Positions 45,572 through 55,034 of a stretch of 64,000 nt of DNA are shown piece by piece (the first letter of the stretch is position 1; each line of letters begins with the position of its first letter). The notes under the pieces were generated by a model, which was given only the letters and a program-made list of their open reading frames with translations, was not told where the DNA came from and made no database searches. The stretch spans positions 301 through 64,300 of the forward strand of contig NZ_DASYMU010000010.1 in NCBI RefSeq assembly GCF_036008905.1. Reading direction: 5' to 3'. A program made the position numbers and the translations under genes. The stretch is from Amycolatopsis sp. GTDB taxonomy: Bacteria; Actinomycetota; Actinomycetes; Mycobacteriales; Pseudonocardiaceae.

Positions 45572-46459
45572 TCAGCGGTACCTGTACCAACGATTCTCAG
45601 TTCGGCCCTCGCGAAGATCGTCCAGCCTTCGGTGCAATTCCTCGCGCACGTTGGGGTGACTGCGCAAGATCGGCAGGACACTCGTTGTCAGCTTCAGTTC
45701 CCGCACCGCTCTGAGCACCGGAAACCCGCTCCAGGACGTCACGTCGAAGCCGTAGCCGTCCACAAGCGACTGGTACCGCCCGGCCGGGTCCCCGAACCGC
45801 TCACGGCCGACCGCGAGCGGCGTCAGGTCCCATTCCGGTGGCCCTACGCAGGAAGAATCGAAGTCGCAGAGCACCGGCCCGCCAGGTCCGACCAGTACGT
45901 TGCCGGGATGCGCGTCGCCGTGCACCAGGCCGCGCGGCAGGGCGAAGTCCAGCTGGCCCAACGCCGTTTCCAGCTCGTCACAGCGGCCCAGCAGGAACTG
46001 CCGATCGCGGTCGCGCAATTCTTCGGCGTCGCCGACGCGGGCACGCACCGCATCCATCGGCGACCACGTCGCGAGGCCGTCGGGCGGTGGAAGTGCGTGC
46101 ACGCGGAGTAACAGGACTGAAAGGTCAGCGGCGGTCGGTTCCCGCCCGGTGGAAGCCACTTTCTGCCAGACAGTTACGAGGTGTTCACCGACTCGCAGCG
46201 GCTGCCGGACGTCGGGAAGTAACCGAATAGCGGGCACATCGTGCGCCGCGAAATGCTCCGCGACGCGGACGACCTTGCCGACGCGGTGCCGCAACGCACG
46301 CGAGCCGACGATCCGGACCACAACCGGATCGTCGGCCAGCGCGTAGACGGCGTTGTTGGTGAATCGGAGGAGTTCGGCACCGGCGGCGGCATAACCGAGT
46401 AAGGCGCAGGTCTGTCCCAGCGCCTCGTCGAGTATTTCCCTGGTGAAGCGCCCGTCCAA
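45572..46459 (-). CDS. APH/choline-kinase-like phosphotransferase
   Basis: NAVY, VVVRI, HGDAHPGN (Brenner motif), CDFD, PPEWDL. Confidence 0.88.
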   Translation of the reverse strand: MDGRFTREILDEALGQTCALLGYAAAGAELLRFTNNAVYALADDPVVVRIVGSRALRHRVGKVVRVAEHFAAHDVPAIRLLPDVRQPLRVGEHLVTVWQKVASTGREPTAADLSVLLLRVHALPPPDGLATWSPMDAVRARVGDAEELRDRDRQFLLGRCDELETALGQLDFALPRGLVHGDAHPGNVLVGPGGPVLCDFDSSCVGPPEWDLTPLAVGRERFGDPAGRYQSLVDGYGFDVTSWSGFPVLRAVRELKLTTSVLPILRSHPNVREELHRRLDDLREGRTENRWYRYR

Positions 46460-46479
46460 GTCAGGCCGCTAGGGTCAAG

Positions 46480-47868
46480 TCAGGCCGCGAAGAAAGCGCT
46501 CAGTCTGTCCGCCAGCTCGCGGGCGTCGGCGTTGTTGCGCCGCAGCTCCGCCTCGATCTGGAGGGGCTTCAGACGGTCACGCACCCGGGCGGACTTGATG
46601 CCTTCGGCGCAGTCCAGCGCCTTGCCGCCGACCTTGGCGCCCTGGTCGATGTCGCCGTCGAGCAGGTGGTTCGTGGCGAGCGCGCCGAGCATGAACGTCT
46701 TGCTGCGCGCCATGTCGTCGTCGTAGGTATCAACAGCCCTGGTCAGGGCCGGAATCGCGTACTTGGTGTGGGTGACGTCCTGCTGCGCGAGCACGGTGTG
46801 GACGGTGCCGATCATCGCGTAGACGTCGGTCTCGTTGAAGAACTTGACCCAGGATTCGGCGTTGGCCAGGTCGGCTCGCGCGAATTCGTCCTTGGTCCGG
46901 CCGAGCAGCTTGGCGGCCTGGTCGTGGTTGCCCATCATCGCGTAGGCCCAGGCCTCGTTGGCGCAGAGCACGGCGACTGCCAGCTCAGAGCCCGATTCCT
47001 GCGCGGCGATCTGGCCGAGCTGGAACAGCTTGAGCGCGTCGTTCGGCGCGTCCTGGTGCAGGTAGACCCGGCCCATCCGGTAGAGGACGTTGGCGACGAG
47101 CGGGTGGTTGTCGCCCTGTTTCGCCAGGTCCAGCGCGTTGGCGAAATGCCCGCGGGCGGAGTCCATCAAGCCGGTGTCGAACGACGTCCAGCCGGCCAGA
47201 CTGTGCAGGTCCGCCAGCGCCACGAACAGGCGCGACTTGACCAACTCGGTGCCGTTGGACTCGAGCATCTGCTGTCCCCAAGACAGCTGGGCGACCACTG
47301 CGTCGCGGCAAAAACCGCCGCCGTACTGGTAATCAAGCGCACGTAGCGCCCTTGTCGCGGCCTCGACCTGCCGCACGTCGGTCATCCCGATCCGGCCGGG
47401 GGCCGGTGTCCTCGCGGGGTTGGCGGACCAGTTGCCGGATTCCGTTCCCAGCACCGCGGCACCCATCGTGACCTGTGCGGCATGCGCGAGGAACCTCCGT
47501 CGCTTCACGGACTCGTCCTCCTCGGCCTGCTGGCCGCCGGCAGCACCGACGACCCGTATCGCTGTCGCCTCGTCATATGCGAGACCCATGTATCCACGGG
47601 CGACACCCAAGCCATCGGAGATCCTGGTGAGCACGTCGTAGGCCATGACCTGACGACCCTTGAGGATCTCCGACACTTCGGACTGCGATTGGCCGGTCAT
47701 CGCGGCGATCTGGCGCTGGGACACGCCGTGCTGGCGCAGCAGCCGATAGACGGTACTGATCTCCCGCTTCGACAGAGCCTCCCGCATGTCTGGTTTCTCC
47801 CAGGCATCCGACGGGATCAGCTGGCCTTGCCGACCGTCTTGACCGCTACCGCCATTACCGGCGTCCAT
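46480..47868 (-). CDS. XRE HTH plus TPR-like helical regulator (NsdA-like architecture)
   Basis: SQRQIAAMTGQSQSEVSEILKG HTH; VKRRRFL; YQYGGG; LHSLAGWTSFDTG; helical repeats. Confidence 0.85.
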   Translation of the reverse strand: MDAGNGGSGQDGRQGQLIPSDAWEKPDMREALSKREISTVYRLLRQHGVSQRQIAAMTGQSQSEVSEILKGRQVMAYDVLTRISDGLGVARGYMGLAYDEATAIRVVGAAGGQQAEEDESVKRRRFLAHAAQVTMGAAVLGTESGNWSANPARTPAPGRIGMTDVRQVEAATRALRALDYQYGGGFCRDAVVAQLSWGQQMLESNGTELVKSRLFVALADLHSLAGWTSFDTGLMDSARGHFANALDLAKQGDNHPLVANVLYRMGRVYLHQDAPNDALKLFQLGQIAAQESGSELAVAVLCANEAWAYAMMGNHDQAAKLLGRTKDEFARADLANAESWVKFFNETDVYAMIGTVHTVLAQQDVTHTKYAIPALTRAVDTYDDDMARSKTFMLGALATNHLLDGDIDQGAKVGGKALDCAEGIKSARVRDRLKPLQIEAELRRNNADARELADRLSAFFAA

Positions 47869-48184
47869 TGCGCCCCCTCACAGTCCGTTGGGCGTCTACA
47901 AACAGCGTAGGCACGTTCATTCAACCCCGCTAAAGCCGTTTTAGGCGAGCTGATCGGTCCGAACGAAGTTCCGTGACCGCTTACCGTGGAACCCGGACCG
48001 GTCGCAGCCCGAACGCGGTTCCCACCTTCTATCGCTCGCCGTTTGGTCGCAATGTAGTTGTCAGTTCTCCGTGACCAACCAGGCACCGCCAGCGATCACA
48101 GAGAGCTACCGAAGACCCAGACAGCACAGCAGTTCCCGTTACGCAGTGTTTGTTCCCGGCATATGGACAGAGCGGAGTAACCCG

Positions 48185-48517
48185 GTGGAGTTCGTGGATT
48201 CGATCACAGCAGGACGTGCTGGGACAGCCACGAGCCCCGTGCGGCCCTCGGGGCCAGTCACGGTGGCCCGCATGGCCCCCTCTTCCCCGCCGGTGGACCC
48301 GCGCACCGCGAACGTCCGTCGGTACGAGGGCGGCCAGCTCATCTGGCGCGTGCAGTGCGGTGACCTCATCAACCGCGAACGTGCGGTGACCGTGTTCGTC
48401 GAAGACAACCAGGTAGTACTGGTTTCCCCGCCAGGAGAGACCGCGCGACTGACAACTGGCCAGCTCGGCCAGCTCAGGGCCGCGCTCAATGAAGCCGCCA
48501 AAATGGCGGAAAGGTAA
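48185..48517 (+). CDS. Small hypothetical protein
   Basis: GGAG RBS + GTG; C-terminal RERAVTVFV..VVLVSPPGETARL..QLRAAL. Confidence 0.7.
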   Translation: MEFVDSITAGRAGTATSPVRPSGPVTVARMAPSSPPVDPRTANVRRYEGGQLIWRVQCGDLINRERAVTVFVEDNQVVLVSPPGETARLTTGQLGQLRAALNEAAKMAER

Positions 48518-48529
48518 CGGTGGTTCCAG

Positions 48530-48931
48530 GTGGATCAAATCCTCGGGCAGGTTCTCCGCAATGCCGTATGGGAACGCCTCGACATGCTCTCCGATCTGGC
48601 CAATCGTGCCGACGCCCACTCGCTTGTGTCGGTGGCACGTTCCGAGCTCCCACGCCTGACTGAGGGCTGGCGCGCCATGCTCCTGGCGCACGAGCCCGAC
48701 GAGCGCGGCGACTGCCCGACCTGCTCCACCCGGTGGCACCGCTGCAAGGCGCCGTGCTCGGTGTGGCAGGTCGCGCACGAGCACCTGGTCGCCGGCGGCC
48801 TGGCACCGCAGCAGGACCCGAAGCGTCAGGGGCGTCGCAAGCCGCTGCCGACGCAGACCCGTGGCGGAAGCGCCCCCGCGCCCTCGCCTGCGGAAACCAC
48901 TGGTCGGCACGCGCTGATTGTCGGTGCCTGA
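48530..48931 (+). CDS. Hypothetical protein with a putative Zn site (H-x6-CPTC-x8-PC)
   Basis: AHEPDERGDCPTCSTRWHRCKAPCSVW. Confidence 0.72.
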   Translation: MDQILGQVLRNAVWERLDMLSDLANRADAHSLVSVARSELPRLTEGWRAMLLAHEPDERGDCPTCSTRWHRCKAPCSVWQVAHEHLVAGGLAPQQDPKRQGRRKPLPTQTRGGSAPAPSPAETTGRHALIVGA

Positions 48932-49197
48932 CCCCAAGACTGGCGAGCATGGCCGACCGACCGCCCCCATCGGGTTGACGCCGACGCTCGCCAATTACCG
49001 AAGGCCGGCTCGTCCGTACCCCCGAGCGTGATGAGCCGGCCCTCGGTTCCTTCCTCCCCGGTCCCCACCGCGATTAATCGAAAAATTTACGTGTTAGCCC
49101 TAGCCAACGCCTCGCGACCTCGCTAGATTATTGATCAATACCACCTAGTAACACCTCGCTGTCGAGGAGCTTCACGCCTACTCGACGGCCCATGATC

Positions 49198-49251
49198 ACC
49201 GCGGGCCGGTGCCGTTGCACTCCCCTCCCCCGACCGGCACCGGCCTGCGGT
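49198..49251. other. Strong GC hairpin upstream of the XRE-DUF5753 gene
   Basis: ACCGCGGGCCGGTGCCG / CGGCACCGGCCTGCGGT, 17-bp stem with one G-U pair and a 20-nt loop. Confidence 0.6.
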
Positions 49252-49353
49252 CCCCACCTAGGTGGTGGTGCGAAGACGCATCGCTCGACCCCTTACGGTG
49301 AACGCGCGCGTGGCATATACCACTTGCCAGCGCAGCGGTCCTACGGTCGGTTC

Positions 49354-50208
49354 ATGACTGAGGAATCGACGGCGAGACGCCGTGAGCTGGGTAGCGAGCT
49401 GCGAATTCTGCGCAAGCGGCACAACATGAGCGGTCATCAGCTGGGCAGACGACTGGAATGGCCGCCCAGCAACATCTCTCGCTTGGAAACGGGCGTCCGA
49501 CCCCTTCCCATCACTGACGTCGCCATGTTCCTGGCGACCGTCAACGCCAACGCCGAGGAACGCGCCCGCCTCCTGAAACTCGCCGAGCTCAAGGACGACA
49601 GTTACTGGGTCCGCCCATACTTCAGCCAGCTCGCCGACCCCATGAAGTCCCTTGTCCTGCAAGAATCCCTGGCCGAATCGATCGTCAGTTACGAGCCCCT
49701 GATCATCCCCGGCCTGCTCCAGACCGAGCCCTACGTGCGCACAGTCTTCGAAAACTTCGGCCGCCACACGCGCGAGCGAGTGGATTTTCTGGTCAAAGCC
49801 CGCATGGATCGCCAGATGTTGCTGTCTCGATGGAAACCGCCGCGCTGCACGTTCTTCATCCACGAACGCGCGCTGCGAACAGTCGTTGGCAACGCACAGC
49901 TGATGTACGAGCAGCTTCTCAACCTGGTGCTTTCGAGCAACATGTCCCGCTGCTGCATCAGGATCATTCCGGACTCAGTGCCCAGCCTGCGCACCTTGGC
50001 CAGCCCGTTCTTCGTCATGGAGTTCGGCGACCATCCAGCGGTCGTCTACACCGATACCCATGCGGCAGGGATCTTCATCGACGATCGAGCTGGCGTCGAG
50101 GAGCATTACCTAATCGCTGCGAGCCTGGAACAAAATGCCCTGCTTGAGGGAGACTCAAGGGAGTGGCTTGTCCAGATGGCGAGCGAGTACGAGCGCATGG
50201 AGGAGTAA
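49354..50208 (+). CDS. XRE HTH + DUF5753 regulator (WhiJ/Scr1-like)
   Basis: RRRELGSELRILR, NISRLETG, YEPLIIPGLLQTEPY, RMDRQ, HERALR, VVYTDT. Confidence 0.9.
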   Translation: MTEESTARRRELGSELRILRKRHNMSGHQLGRRLEWPPSNISRLETGVRPLPITDVAMFLATVNANAEERARLLKLAELKDDSYWVRPYFSQLADPMKSLVLQESLAESIVSYEPLIIPGLLQTEPYVRTVFENFGRHTRERVDFLVKARMDRQMLLSRWKPPRCTFFIHERALRTVVGNAQLMYEQLLNLVLSSNMSRCCIRIIPDSVPSLRTLASPFFVMEFGDHPAVVYTDTHAAGIFIDDRAGVEEHYLIAASLEQNALLEGDSREWLVQMASEYERMEE

Positions 50209-50212
50209 CCAC

Positions 50213-50389
50213 ATGGCCTGGACCAAGAGCAGTCACAGCGAAGGTGCCGAGCACTCCAACTGCGTCGAAGTTCTGCTCCAGCCCCAGGCCATCGCAGTGC
50301 GTGATTCCAAGGCCCCCGCAGCCGGTCACTTGACGTTGCCGAACCCGGCTTGGGCCGCCCTGATCACCTCACTGAACGCACGCGAGTAA
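50213..50389 (+). CDS. DUF397 protein (Scr2-like)
   Basis: WTKSSHS, NCVEV, VRDSK, AWAALI. Not listed as a separate ORF in the track. Confidence 0.92.
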   Translation: MAWTKSSHSEGAEHSNCVEVLLQPQAIAVRDSKAPAAGHLTLPNPAWAALITSLNARE

Positions 50390-51614
50390 TCAGGAAACCG
50401 GCGATAATCGTCGCCACCGCCGATGCGGCGAACAGCGCCCGATAGCCGCCGAGTTGCGCCAATAGCACCGTCGCGACGAGCGGCGCGACCACCTGCGGCA
50501 GCGAATTGGCGATGTTGACCACGCCCAAGTCCTTCGCGCGGTCCTCCGCGGCGGGCAAAACCGAGGTAAGGATCGCCAGCGCCACGGCCATATACGCGCC
50601 ATACCCGACACCGAGGAGCGGCGAGGCGATCAGTGCGGCGGTCCAGTTCTGCCAGAACGCCAAGATCAAGGCGGCGAGCGCCATCACCGCTGCCGCCGCG
50701 AGGACGAACGGCTTACGCCGCCGCGACCTGTCCGAGAAATGCCCCGCCGCGACCGCGCCGCCGATCAGCGCGACGCCGTAGAGGCCCATCATGATCAGCA
50801 GTCCGGTGTCCGGGTCTTCGAGGTGCACCGCGTCCCGGAGGAAGAACAACAGGAACAGCGTCCCGAGTGCGTTTCCGGTCCCGACCATGAAGTGACAGGC
50901 CCACGCCCACGCGAAATCCGGGTGCTCGCGCGGCGAGATCCGCAGGCTCGCCAGGACCTCCCGCACCTTGGCCGCGGGCCGGAACGCGGCGGGCAATGTG
51001 GCGTCGGGCGTGCGCAGTACGAACGCGATCGCGCCGAGCACCACGATCACCGCGCACGCGATGTATCCGCCCGGCAAGCTCGTGACCAGCACTGTCACCA
51101 GCACCGCACCCAGCACCGTGCCCAGCATCTGACTGATCCCGACGAGCCCGCCGATATGCGCACGCTGGTCCACCGGCACGCGGTCGGGGATCGCTGAGGT
51201 GAGTGTCGCGAGCATGCCGTTGAGCCCGGCGGAAACCAGGCACCAGCCGAGGATCATCACGCCGACGTTGCCCGCCGATGCGAGCACGAGCAGGCCGATC
51301 GCGCCGAGGGTCGCCCCGGCGAGCGTCCACGGGTGGCGGCGGCCGAACCGCGAACACGTCCGGTCCGACAGCAGCCCGATCAGGGGGTTCGCGACGAGCG
51401 ACACCAACGCGCCGACGCCGGTCACCAGACTGAAAACGAACTCCTTGTTCGCGGAGTCCAGCAGCTCGGCCTGCGTCGGGAGCAGCACCTGGATCGGCGC
51501 GTAGATCCCGAGCCAGAGCCCGATGTTCGCGAAGAACAGCAGGCTCATCCAGCTCTTGCGGACATGGATGGTCGGCTCGGCGAGCGCCGCCGGTCTGCCT
51601 TCGACTTCAGTCAT
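50364..51614 (-). CDS. MFS transporter (sugar/glycoside type)
   Basis: GLLSDRTCSRFGRRHPW, SDRSRRRK, AKDLGVVNIANSLPQ; ATG 51614 overlaps the GH1 stop. Confidence 0.9.
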   Translation of the reverse strand: MTEVEGRPAALAEPTIHVRKSWMSLLFFANIGLWLGIYAPIQVLLPTQAELLDSANKEFVFSLVTGVGALVSLVANPLIGLLSDRTCSRFGRRHPWTLAGATLGAIGLLVLASAGNVGVMILGWCLVSAGLNGMLATLTSAIPDRVPVDQRAHIGGLVGISQMLGTVLGAVLVTVLVTSLPGGYIACAVIVVLGAIAFVLRTPDATLPAAFRPAAKVREVLASLRISPREHPDFAWAWACHFMVGTGNALGTLFLLFFLRDAVHLEDPDTGLLIMMGLYGVALIGGAVAAGHFSDRSRRRKPFVLAAAAVMALAALILAFWQNWTAALIASPLLGVGYGAYMAVALAILTSVLPAAEDRAKDLGVVNIANSLPQVVAPLVATVLLAQLGGYRALFAASAVATIIAGFLITRVRSVR

Positions 51615-52929
51615 GCGTGACCAGCTTCCGGTACCACTCGTAGGAATCCTTCGGCGTCCTTCGCTGGTTCCCGTAGTCGATGTGCACGAGACCGAAGCGC
51701 GGCGCGTAGCCCTTGGACCACTCGAAGTTGTCGAGCAGCGACCAGACGAAATACCCGCGGATGTCGACACCGTGGTCCATCGCCTCACGGACCGCGGTGA
51801 GGTGACTTTCGAGGAAGTCGATGCGCTCGGGGTCGTGCACTTTGCCGTCCGGCCCGACCTCATCGGCGAAACTGCAGCCGTTCTCCGTGATGAAGATCGG
51901 CGGCAGGTTCTCCTTGTAGCGATCCTGGAACGACACCAGCATCTCGCGCAACGCGTGCGGCACGATCGGCGAGTCGTTGGTGGTCATCGGATAACCCTCG
52001 ATCGGGCGAAGTTCGAACGGAAGCGGATTGTCCGGTCCGGGTGCGGCGACGCCTTGGGGCTCGTAGTAGTTGACGCCGTAGAAGTCGAGGGGCTGCGCGA
52101 TGGCCGGAAGATCGTCGGCGAATCCCTCGGGCAGGTGACGCTGGATTTCCTCGGGGTAGGAGCCGAGGAGCACAGGCTCGGTGTACATCCGGTTGAGCAG
52201 CGCGTCGAGCCAGATCGCGGCGGCTTGGTCCTCATCGGTGTCGGCCGCGGGCCAGATCGGGCTGTGGTTGTTGGCCGTGCCGATATTGGTCGCGCCCGCC
52301 GCGCGCAGCGCCTGGACGGCGAGTCCGTGCGCGAGATTTTGGTAGTGCGCGGTGGGAATCGCGTCGAGCAGCAGGAACTGGCCGGGCGCGTACTCGCCGA
52401 TTCCGTAGCCGTAGATGGACGTGACCATCGGCTCGTTGATCGGGATCCACATCTTCACGCGGTCGGCGAACCGCTCTCCGAGGATCGACGCGTACTCGGC
52501 AAAACGCTCCGCGGTGTCGCGCGCGAGCCAGCCGCCGGCGTCCTCGAGAGCCTGCGGAGTGTCCCAGTGATAGAGCGTCGCGCAGGGCGCGATGCCCGCT
52601 TCGCAGACACCATCGAGTAGTCGATCATAGAAATCGAGGCCCTCTTTGTTCGCCGATCCCGTGCCGTCCGGCTGTATTCTGGGCCAGGCAAAGGACATTC
52701 GGTACGCCCCGACCCCAAGTTCCGCCATCAGGGCGATGTCTTCCGGGTAGCGGTGATAGTGATCGGCAGCTACCTTTGCGTGCTCACCGCGTGCGATCTT
52801 GCCCTCCGTGGCGGTGAACGTGTCCCAAATGGACGGTCCGCGGCCGCCTTCGCTCGTGGCGCCTTCGATCTGGAACGCCGAGGTGGACACACCCCAGACG
52901 AAATCGGGCGGGAAGGTCAAGTTTTCCAC
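51607..52929 (-). CDS. GH1 beta-glucosidase
   Basis: FVWGVSTSAFQIEG, YHWDTP, INEP (acid/base), ITENG (nucleophile), DNFEW. Confidence 0.95.
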   Translation of the reverse strand: MENLTFPPDFVWGVSTSAFQIEGATSEGGRGPSIWDTFTATEGKIARGEHAKVAADHYHRYPEDIALMAELGVGAYRMSFAWPRIQPDGTGSANKEGLDFYDRLLDGVCEAGIAPCATLYHWDTPQALEDAGGWLARDTAERFAEYASILGERFADRVKMWIPINEPMVTSIYGYGIGEYAPGQFLLLDAIPTAHYQNLAHGLAVQALRAAGATNIGTANNHSPIWPAADTDEDQAAAIWLDALLNRMYTEPVLLGSYPEEIQRHLPEGFADDLPAIAQPLDFYGVNYYEPQGVAAPGPDNPLPFELRPIEGYPMTTNDSPIVPHALREMLVSFQDRYKENLPPIFITENGCSFADEVGPDGKVHDPERIDFLESHLTAVREAMDHGVDIRGYFVWSLLDNFEWSKGYAPRFGLVHIDYGNQRRTPKDSYEWYRKLVTHD

Positions 52930-53069
52930 TGGCGATCTCTTTCATCGAGGCATCTTCAGAGGGCAAGTCAGGAGAACATGAAAAGTTCTCATATGCTAGG
53001 CCTTCACTCGTCCGTGGGGAAGCCCGTTCGCACGATAAAGTCGCTGATCAGCAGATTGAGGAGCCCGAC

Positions 53070-53711
53070 GTGTCCGACATCCAGGCCGCCAAGGCGACGG
53101 CCGAGGCGACCCCGCTTCGCCGGCAGCCGGTCCAGCAACGCAGTGCCAAACGTGTGGAGCAGATGCTCGACGCCAGCGCCCAGCTGATCGACGAGCTCGG
53201 CTACGACGCGCTGACGACAACGCTCATCGCGAAACGGGCGGGTGTGGCCGTCGGTTCGCTGTACCAGTTCTTCCCCGACAAGCGCGCTGTCGTGCAGGCG
53301 CTGACCCAGCGAAACCTCGAACGCTTCATCGCTTCGGTGACCGAGCGGCTCGCCACCATGGACCACGGGCACTGGTGGGACGTCGTCGACTCGATCCTCG
53401 ACATCTACCTCCGCATGCACCGCGAGATCCCCGGATTCTCGAAGGTGCACTTCGGTGACGTCGTCGACAGACAGTTGCTCGACGAGAGCCGGGACAACAA
53501 CACCGTGCTCGTCGACGCACTCGCGGAAATCCTGACGCCGAAGCTCGGCTTCCCGCCGGACGACCTGCGGTTCGCGCTGACGATCGCCAACGAAACGGCG
53601 GACGCGCTGTTGAAATTGGCCTTCCGACGCGATCCGCGCGGCGACGAGCAGATCGTCACGGAGACGAAATACGTGGTCAAACGCTATTTGGCGAGCAAGT
53701 TCGGCGAGTAG
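53070..53711 (+). CDS. TetR-family regulator
   Basis: RRQPVQQRS, TTTLIAKRAGVAVGSLYQFFPDK. Confidence 0.94.
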   Translation: MSDIQAAKATAEATPLRRQPVQQRSAKRVEQMLDASAQLIDELGYDALTTTLIAKRAGVAVGSLYQFFPDKRAVVQALTQRNLERFIASVTERLATMDHGHWWDVVDSILDIYLRMHREIPGFSKVHFGDVVDRQLLDESRDNNTVLVDALAEILTPKLGFPPDDLRFALTIANETADALLKLAFRRDPRGDEQIVTETKYVVKRYLASKFGE

Positions 53712-53717
53712 TCCCCA

Positions 53718-53751
53718 AGTTGTCCACAGGCATCCACATCTGTGGACAACT
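53718..53751. repeat. Inverted repeat built from two perfect DnaA boxes around a degenerate third
   Basis: TTGTCCACA (53720-53728), GCATCCACA (53730-53738), TGTGGACAA (53741-53749). Confidence 0.75.
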
Positions 53752-53754
53752 AAC

Positions 53755-54945
53755 TCACCCGAAGTTCTTGCCTTCGCCGCGGTAAGTCGGGACGGTTCGC
53801 TCGACCCGATCGCCGACGACGATGTGGTACGCGGTGAAGCGCTCGGCGAGTTCGCCGGCCTTGGAGTGGCGCAGCCAGACGCGGTCGCCGAGTTTCAGCG
53901 ACCGCGCGGCTTTGCCCACCACGGGGGTCTGCACTTCGCCGGCGCCTTCGAGCGGAAGCATGCCGAGCCCGGCGGGGAGGTACGGCGACGGGCGCCGCGA
54001 GATCTCGTTCGGGCCGGAACCGATGTAGCCGCCGGAAAACAGCGTCGCGATGTTCTTCGACGGCCGCCGCACCACGGGCAACGCGAAGAGCGCGGCGGGC
54101 TGCGGCTTGAAGCGCGAGTAGAAGTCGAACAGCGTCGGGCCGATCAGGCCGGAACCCGCGGCGATCTCGGTCACCGCGGCTTCCGCGCCGGTCGTCTCGA
54201 TGCTGCCGGTGCCGCCGCCGTTGACGAACTCGATGTCGGTCACCGCGCGCACGGCCTTCACCGCCGCGGCACGCCGCTTCGCGAGTTCGGCGGCCGAGCG
54301 GATCTGCATCCAGTGGACGATCGCGTTCTTGACGGCGTTGCCCGCGGTGTCGCCGAGACCGGCGATCTGACCTTCGTAGGCCATCATGCCGGAGACCTGG
54401 AAACCCTTACGTGACAACACAATCCTTGCGAGTTCGGCGGCCTGCTTCGGGGTGAACACCGGCGAGCGCCGGGTGCCGACATGCAGGCCGGGGAGCGGGC
54501 GCCACGACGCGTCGAGCTCGAGGCAGACCCGGATTTCGGGGTGGTCGTGGCCGAGCGCGGAGTCGACGAGGTCGAGATGCGCCGGCGAATCGATCATGAT
54601 CGAGATCGCCGCGCGGGCCTTGTCGCTGGCCGCCAGCCGACGCAGCGCGCCGTGATCGGCGGTCGGGTACGCGACCACGATGTCGTCGGTGGTGCCCAGC
54701 TCGACGTGCCAAAGCGCCTCGGCGAGCGAGTAGCACATCAGGCCTTCGAAGCCGGGCATCGCGAGGACGCGCTCCAGCAGATACCGGCACCGCACGGACT
54801 TGCTCACGACGCGGATCGGCTTACCGGCCGCGCGGCGGGCGAGGGCGGCCGCGTTGGCGTCGAACGCCGCGAGATCGACGATTGCCAAGGGCGGGTCGAG
54901 ATCCTTGGTCGCCAGGTCGAACGGCGTCGCGGTTCCTGAGGTCAC
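53755..54945 (-). CDS. DSD1/alanine-racemase-fold PLP enzyme (amino acid deaminase/aldolase)
   Basis: PIRVVSKSVR (PLP Lys), MAYEGQ, NGGGTGS, EIAAGSG, AGEVQTP, RHSKAGE. Start estimated. Confidence 0.85.
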   Translation of the reverse strand: MTSGTATPFDLATKDLDPPLAIVDLAAFDANAAALARRAAGKPIRVVSKSVRCRYLLERVLAMPGFEGLMCYSLAEALWHVELGTTDDIVVAYPTADHGALRRLAASDKARAAISIMIDSPAHLDLVDSALGHDHPEIRVCLELDASWRPLPGLHVGTRRSPVFTPKQAAELARIVLSRKGFQVSGMMAYEGQIAGLGDTAGNAVKNAIVHWMQIRSAAELAKRRAAAVKAVRAVTDIEFVNGGGTGSIETTGAEAAVTEIAAGSGLIGPTLFDFYSRFKPQPAALFALPVVRRPSKNIATLFSGGYIGSGPNEISRRPSPYLPAGLGMLPLEGAGEVQTPVVGKAARSLKLGDRVWLRHSKAGELAERFTAYHIVVGDRVERTVPTYRGEGKNFG

Positions 54946-55034
54946 AATGGCTACGGTACGACAGAAAAGCTTGAAACGCGAATACCATTCACTTATGGTT
55001 TCGGAACTCAGACTCTGAATGGATGGGCCCGCAG

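Noticed and set aside
45572-46459. Aminoglycoside resistance gene
   Set aside because: Only the generic APH/choline kinase fold motifs are present; the regulatory context and absence of a matching biosynthetic cluster give no support for resistance.
49192-49353. N-terminal extension of the XRE-DUF5753 ORF (also the long ORF-track starts of the LytTR, SDR, ugd, mcl and NarL genes)
   Set aside because: These extensions precede the recognisable domain start, lack an RBS, or overlap hairpins or neighbouring genes; downstream starts were used instead.
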